A DNA stretch of 64,000 nt from Eledone cirrhosa (taxonomy: Eukaryota), in NCBI GenBank assembly GCA_964016885.1, contig OZ024743.1, positions 355,260,001 through 355,324,000 of the forward strand. Reading direction: 5' to 3'. Shown here in pieces: positions 56,174 to 64,000 of the stretch. How positions within the stretch are numbered: position 1 is the stretch's first letter; every line of letters starts with the position of its first letter. The position numbers and the translations under genes are program-made. The notes under the pieces were generated by a model, which saw only the letters and a program-made list of their open reading frames with translations, made no database searches and was not told the origin of the DNA.

Positions 56174-56304
56174 GATAAATCTACCAAGAGTTTACGGTAG
56201 TGTCCAATCCGTATGAAGAACTCAATGTATTCCGGATATCATGGAAAGAAGAGATGTAATGAAAATCCACTTTCGGTGAAAGATAAACGGTATACAGAGT
56301 CAAG

Positions 56305-56690
56305 ATAAAATATTAAACAAATAATGAATAAACAATTCCTTATATTAAACAAAAAAAGTTCATTATTTAACGATCGTTTCTAGGGTATATATGTGTTATA
56401 ATTGGTATGCATATTCAACAGATCTATGTACAAAATTATACAAAATTATACAAATTATCAAGATTAAATATACATACCTAACACATATATACGCCGTCTT
56501 CAGAAGACGGCGTATATATGTGTTAGGTATGTATATTTAATCTTGATAATTTGTATAATTTTGTATAATTTTGTACATAGATCTGTTGAATATGCATACC
56601 AATTATAACACATATATACCCTAGAAACGATCGTTAAATAATGAACTTTTTTTGTTTAATATAAGGAATTGTTTATTCATTATTTGTTTA

Positions 56691-56699
<9 letters not shown>
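56305..56699. repeat. ~395-bp palindrome with a 1-nt axis inside a CTGAAGA box
   Basis: GCCGTCTTC-A-GAAGACGGC (axis 56502); each arm contains GAAAC-GATC-GTT. Confidence 0.92.
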
Positions 56700-56744
<45 letters not shown>

Positions 56745-56851
56745 TACATACATATATATATATATATACATACATATACATCCTAGTCCTGTAGAAGCCT
56801 TTCTATATTAAATATATATATATATATACATATATACATACATACACACAA

Positions 56852-56908
<57 letters not shown>

Positions 56909-56922
56909 CACACACTTATATG

Positions 56923-56953
<31 letters not shown>

Positions 56954-57020
56954 TATAGAAAGGCTTCTACAAGACTAGAGCTGTTTCATTCGGGAAGACA
57001 TATACATATATATATATGTA

Positions 57021-57048
<28 letters not shown>

Positions 57049-57053
<5 letters not shown>

Positions 57054-57968
57054 AATGAGACGTATAGAGATTGTTTTAGCAAGAAGCTAACGGCATTCTA
57101 TAACATATATGCGACTATAACGTCAAGATGGGAAAAGTAGTTAACGAAAGATTTAGGAAAAATAACTCAAACTCATCTCAAAAGAGAATCAGGATACAAA
57201 TTCATCCACAGAATTTAGTAAAATCCATGGAAAAATCTATAGACCTTTAACTCATGATAAAACAAAGTTTGAAACACTTATCCTTCAATTTGGAATAACA
57301 TCAAATGCTCTGTATAGTCTTAAAAGACTATTTCATGAAAACTTTCAGTGGAGATGGTCACGGTTGGAATATCATTCATCAGCAGAGCTCAACAGAAAAC
57401 CAGGGCTCTCACAGTAATATAGTCCGAAAAAGGGAATTCTAAAACTGGCTAGTTCGCCTTCATGTGTATTTATGAAAAAGCACATGAGGAAAAAACGGGG
57501 CTAGTGACGTCAGGATGGAAGTGAATGTTTATTTACAAGAAATAGCAGTCAAATACATTCTGAAAAAAACTCTACAAGGAGTTCAGCAAAATAGCAATAA
57601 TTATCACAGTTTTTATGAAAAAAACCGGGATTAGTCACAGATAGTTTAAGCACTCTAGGAAAAGAATCCGAGTATAAATATAAATGAGACGTATAGAGAT
57701 TGTTTTAGCAAGAAGCTAACGGCATTCTATAACATATATGCGACTATAACGTCAAGATGGGAAAAGTAGTTAACGAAAGATTTAGGAAAAATAACTCAAA
57801 CTCATCTCAAAAGAGAATCAGGATACAAATTCATCCACAGAATTTAGTAAAATCCATGGAAAAATCTATAGACCTTTAACTCATGATAAAACAAAGTTTG
57901 AAACACTTATCCTTCAATTTGGAATAACATCAAATGCTCTGTATAGTCTTAAAAGACTATTTCATGAA

Positions 57969-57972
<4 letters not shown>
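57049..57972 (-). mobile_element. Non-coding partial-tandem element (629-bp unit) with hammerhead; retrozyme-like or non-autonomous PLE
   Basis: Direct repeat ~57049-57343 / ~57678-57972; no ORF in the track; (AT)n on both sides. Confidence 0.8.
57307..57388 (-). ncRNA. Type I hammerhead ribozyme with stable stem III
   Basis: GCTCTG-CTGATGA-ATGA-(33 nt)-TCAT-GAAA-TAGTCTT-TT-AAGACTA-TA-CAGAGC; AUA cleavage triplet. Confidence 0.88.
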
Positions 57973-58058
<86 letters not shown>

Positions 58059-58574
58059 TTTTATACATTTTACATAGAAATGACTTCTACAGAACTAGAA
58101 CTGCTTCATTCGTATGAAATCATCAGGAATGATCTGGTGATTTCATACGAATGAAATACCACTAGTCCTGTATAAGTAATTTCTATATTAAATATTAATC
58201 CACATATTCTACCAATGTTGGAGTACATTTTTAACAATGGTTACCCCAGACACATCTCTGGAATTTCCATAGTCAGCACCCAACCGGGTCCTTTACAGCC
58301 ACTATATACACACACACACAGATATATATATATATAAACATACATATATGTATATGTGTATGTATGTATATATATATATATATGTGTATGTATGTATATT
58401 TACATGTATATGCAGATAAATATACATGCATGTATATATGTATGTATGTATATATATATATATATATGTATATGTATATGCATATAAATATACATGTATG
58501 TATATGTGTATGTATGTATATTTACATGTATATGCAGATAAATATACATGCATGTATATATGTATGTATGTATG

Positions 58575-58613
<39 letters not shown>

Positions 58614-59212
58614 GTATATGCATATAAATATACATGTATGTATATGTGTATGTATATGTATATATATATATATGTGTATGTATGTATATGTATATGCATA
58701 TAAATATACATGTATGTATATGTCTATGTATATGTATATGTATGTATATATATATATATATAAATATGTATGTATGTATGTATATGTATATGCATATAAA
58801 TATACGGTATGTATATGTGTATGTGTATCCATGTCGAAGGGAACGTAGAATGAAGATAATGGTTATGATATGATACATACCTATTCCTTTTTCTATTTAT
58901 CTATCTATCTATCTGTAGGCTGAGGAAAAGGAGGAGGAGAGGAAAGGAGTACAAACTCTTCGTACTCCTGGAGATGAGGGTTGCACATTTTTTTTCGGGG
59001 GTATGTCTTACCCATATGAACTGTCTCCCCCTATTGAAGAAAATCGATTAACTTTTTAAGTCGCATTTGTGATAACATTTTACGTTTTTATTGTATGTAA
59101 ACTTCCCCCTTTGTATTTGTCCCCTTCTTTTGTGCCCCTGTGGCTAATAAAGAAATATATCTATCTATCTATCTATCCATCCATCCATCTATCTATCTAT
59201 CTATCTATCTCC

Positions 59213-59285
<73 letters not shown>

Positions 59286-59286
59286 A

Positions 59287-59327
<41 letters not shown>

Positions 59328-59328
59328 A

Positions 59329-59366
<38 letters not shown>

Positions 59367-59752
59367 TCTATCTGTATATATATATATATATATGTATATA
59401 TTTAGATATAACCAACAAACGAACGAACGAACTTATTATTAACTAAATATCTTATTTATCTACCTATGCAAATTGTCTTTCTGCCTATTTGTATGACTGT
59501 TAATATATCTAACTATCTATATACCAGCCCACATTTCAAACTAGCTAGCCACCTAGTTTGTAGTCAGACATGTGGACGCGCCACCTACTAGAAATAGCAG
59601 CGAATCAATACATGGAAAACAAAAACGGAACATACTAGAGGGTTGGATCTTAAATATATTATAAAAGACGGTATGGACAAGGCTAGATTGACTTTGATCA
59701 TCTCTCTGCTCCTCCTGGGTTCACCCATGGCTAAACTACAAAAGCATCATAA

Positions 59753-59805
<53 letters not shown>

Positions 59806-60268
59806 CATTGCTGCTGCTGCTGCTGCTACTGCCTACGATGCTTAGGTTCTACTTGTGTTTATACGAAACTATTTTTGTATATAAATCAATTGATGACTTC
59901 TGGGTGTGGTTTTTAAATATATGTATGTGTGCGACCTTACATGGACGTATATATGCTTGTATACATACATACCTAGATACATACATACATACATACATAC
60001 ATACATACATACATACATACATACATACATACAAACACACTGATGTGTGTACATATATATTTATATATATACACACACATATATATATGTAGATAAATAT
60101 ATATATGTGTGTGTATATATATATATATGTGTGTATATATATATATATGAAGGGCTTATGCCCGAAACGTCGTTCCCCACCCCCCACTCTCAAGAGCGTG
60201 AAACTAATAAACCTTTGTGTGTACTGCCTCTCTGTTTTTGTTCCCGTTCAAATATTCACAATATATAA

Positions 60269-60329
<61 letters not shown>

Positions 60330-60410
60330 AGTAAGTAAGACCCCGACGGCTGAGCTCAAGCCGTTTCGACGGCTAATTCTGATATATATATATATATATA
60401 AATATATATA

Positions 60411-60465
<55 letters not shown>

Positions 60466-60528
60466 TTACATTTAAGTATCAGCCGTACTAAGAGTGAGAA
60501 ATGAAATTTCGTTTCATTCTTTTCCATT

Positions 60529-60559
<31 letters not shown>

Positions 60560-61141
60560 GTATATACACACACACATATATATATATATATCATATATAT
60601 CATATATATGCATGCACGTGTGAATGTATCCGTCTGAGAAAGTATGGGTAAAAATAGATATATAGTTATGAATATAAAAATATAACAATATACACTACGG
60701 AAGTGATCACAGTTAAACAAGGTACGCAATACTTTAAAAGAGATGATTTCGAACGAATGAAATAGTTCAAGTTCTGTAGAATTTTTTTTATAATAAATAA
60801 ATAATTTATATACACACACACTAACACTTGTATAAGAGATGGCAACATTAATGGATCTGTTATTTTTCTCTTTAATCTTTCTAATTGATCATTTTTTCTT
60901 CTAATTAAGGACTAGCTATTTCAAGTGTTAACATAATATATTCCTTCCATATACTGTACCGATTGTGTTGTTATTTCTGTTTACTTTTTACATATACACA
61001 CACACATACACTCACACACATACACACCTACACACACACACACACATACATACACATACACACTTATATATATATATATATATATAATTTTTTTTTTAAA
61101 TGTATATAGCCGTATCTCATTAGAGAAACACTTTAAAATAG

Positions 61142-61352
<211 letters not shown>

Positions 61353-61472
61353 ACGTGCGTGTATATATATATAATATATAGTAATAATAATAAATGTGAA
61401 GACTAAAATCCAAAGAGGGCTCGATAAGGATAAATATATATCAAATATATAAGAACCCTAGAGCATATATAC

Positions 61473-61520
<48 letters not shown>

Positions 61521-61525
61521 ACGTG

Positions 61526-61564
<39 letters not shown>

Positions 61565-61714
61565 ATGATAAGTTTTATCTATAAAACTACAATGTGTATA
61601 ATCGAGAATGCACCAATGTGTATAAATATATAAACTAATATAATATGTAGGTATATGAACATGCCAGAAAATACAAGTTTCCCTATAAATTGAAAAAGTA
61701 ATTAATAAACAACT

Positions 61715-61756
61715 ATAGTCGATTTTCGGATCTTATTGGACCCTCATCAGAAGATG
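61715..61756 (-). ncRNA. Degenerate hammerhead-like motif
   Basis: CTGATGA-GGGTC-CAATAA-GATCC-GAAA; stems I and III are poor. Confidence 0.45.
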
Positions 61757-62531
61757 TGTATGACATCCAATTAACCACACGGAAACTTGAATTTGACAGT
61801 TATACACCCATTCAAACTTAAGATATATATAAGATATTATTTAAGATACATAGATATAATTTTATCATACACTTCGGCTGCTAGCGCACTTCTTGCTTAA
61901 ATTAAAAAACCAGAGAAGGTATCTGGGAAGACATTGCCTTAGATCTTGGAGAAAAACAGTGTTTAACACTTTAGTGTTCAGACCGGCTCAAACCGGCCAG
62001 AATTCTCTACCTATTTCTGTTGAAACTGGCTGTAACTGGTCGCTCAAACTGATGTTAAGGTATTGTTATCAAAATAAATACTTTCAAAATCTCATATGTG
62101 AGATAATTATGTGAGATAATTATGTGAGATAAAGCCTTTACCATGAAAATATAATAGTATATATAAAATAATGTGAATGCTAAAGAGTTAATGGAAAGTA
62201 GGAATTTGAAAAATCTCGTGTGGAACATAAAAATTTAAAGAGGGGTATCGTAAGGGTATACATGATATTATTTTACCAGGATTTTCAGGTGCTGGAAATG
62301 ACTTTATGTGCAATGAATGTGGTCGGATTTGCCTCAGTAAAGTTAGTTTTAAAAGTCATTTTACAAAATGTTGCCAACTATGGTTACCTTTGTATTACTC
62401 TCAGGGGCCTGTCAACCCCAATGTAATTTCAAAACTCAACAAAATAAAATAGGGAACCATAGTAGAAGTAATTTCCATCACGGCAGCCTATGCAGAAAGA
62501 ATATATATGTATATATATATATGTATATATA

Positions 62532-63343
62532 TTGTTTGACCCGTTTAGCTTGTTCGCTTTTTGGGGTCAGGTGGTTAATGGCTTCTTAACCATCGTCTCA
62601 GTTTTGTATGACCTTTTTAACTTATGTTTATAGCTCTGGTATCTTCATATCCTTAGAACGCTTGTCTACACAATACGGAAGTTGGTTTCGCTAATTTCTA
62701 CGCGCCGAAATGCGATTCTCGCTAAATTTATATTTGTATTAATCTCCCAAGTCTAGCGATTAACCAGTTAATTTTTTTGGCTTTTTAGTTAATTCTATTG
62801 ACTGATTAATCGCTTAAGTTTATCTTAAAAACAAACTCGGTAGAGAGCTTAATTCGTTTTGTGCTATTTTTGCAAATTTTTGCAATAACTACACATACTG
62901 AATTCACTGGCCAAAATAGGGGTTTTGTCCCCTTAGAATCTCACATGTGTTGTCATAACCTGTGAGATTCTGGCTCAAGAAGAACAAAATGCCTGTTGAG
63001 AAAGCGATGCCTTGTTCGATCATTATACCAAAAGCTTATTTTTTATAAGCAGACAGTATTATTGATTTAGGTATTGCAGAAACCCTATATCGGAGTATTC
63101 CATCTTCCCCGAGGGTCCGGGTAACTATTTCAATCATATCTTATTTTGTTTGACCCGTTTAGCTTGTTCGCTTTTTTGGCTATGGTGGTTAATGGCTTCT
63201 TAACCATCGTCTCAGTTTGTATGACCATTTTAACTTATGTTTATAGCTCTGGTATCTTCATATACATGGAGCGCTTGTCTACACAATACGGAGGTTGCGT
63301 TTCGCTAATTTCTACCCGCCGAAATGCGATTCTCGCTAAATTA

Positions 63344-63350
<7 letters not shown>
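62532..63350 (+). mobile_element. Non-coding partial-tandem element (614-bp unit) with degenerate hammerhead
   Basis: Diverged direct repeat 62532-62737 / 63146-63350; hammerhead-like fold at 62988-63099; (AT)n flanks. Confidence 0.7.
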
Positions 63351-63398
<48 letters not shown>

Positions 63399-63451
63399 GT
63401 GGATGGATACCTCACCAGGTACAATATATATATATATATATAGTAATAATA

Positions 63452-63634
63452 ATTGTTTCTACTTTTGGCACAAGGCCAGCAATTTACCCAGTGTATTACT
63501 GGTACATTATTTTATCGACCCCGTAAGGATGAAAGGCAAAGTTAACCTCGGCGGGATTTGAACTCAGTCCGTAAAGGGACGTAACTGTGCTGCAAAGCAT
63601 GGCGTCCGACCCTCTACCGATACTGCCAATCCAC
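63452..63634 (-). mobile_element. tRNA-derived SINE
   Basis: Same family as 52149-52343. Confidence 0.88.
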
Positions 63635-63785
63635 AATAATAATAAATGTGAAGACTAAAATCCAAAGAGGGCTCGATAAGTATAAATATATATCAAATAT
63701 ATAAGAACCCTAGAGCAAATATTTATTAAAATAACTGATTAAAGTTTAAGCAAAGAATCGATGCTTTCACCCTTAACGGGATCTT

Positions 63786-63841
<56 letters not shown>

Positions 63842-64000
63842 AATAAATAAATAAATAAATAAATAGAGATAGATATATAATAATTATAAAAAGAAAATGT
63901 GTATGTTGACCGCTAATAACACTAAATAAAATTGATAATAATTAAGGTTTTTTGTATTTTCTACTAATCTGACCTCTGACATGCTCGCCATCGAGATCGG

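Noticed and set aside
57049-57972. LTR retrotransposon or TRIM with two LTRs
   Set aside because: No TG..CA ends, PBS, PPT or TSD; the repeat boundary falls inside a hammerhead, which fits a partial tandem better.
59643-60092. Signal-peptide / poly-Leu secreted protein ORF
   Set aside because: The poly-Leu comes from (CTA)n(CTG)n and the remainder from (TACA)n; the same applies to 27943-28243.

Overview
AT-rich eukaryotic DNA with no recognisable host protein-coding gene. The very dense (AT)n/(CA)n/(TATG)n microsatellites and the tRNA-derived SINE family suggest a cephalopod (octopus-like) genome, but that is an inference. The window is a mosaic of decayed transposable elements: several Penelope-like elements (PLEs; RT + GIY-YIG endonuclease, of Neptune/Nematis-like and Naiad-like types), a hAT (Tip100/ZMYM1-like) transposase, R4/Dong-like and RTE LINE fragments, a mariner remnant, MITEs, a probable Helitron and SINEs. 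Most ORFs in the supplied track are microsatellite artefacts. The most notable signal is non-coding: more than 20 intact, variant or truncated type I hammerhead ribozyme (HHR) motifs from about a dozen sequence families. These include a family with a branched, co-varying stem II, a family with a compensatory U3:A8 core, and two ORF-less ~0.6-kb partial-tandem 'retrozyme-like' units. Many short elements sit in (AT)n tracts and are truncated or folded into DNA palindromes at or inside the ribozyme. All structures were paired by eye; no folding software or database search was run.
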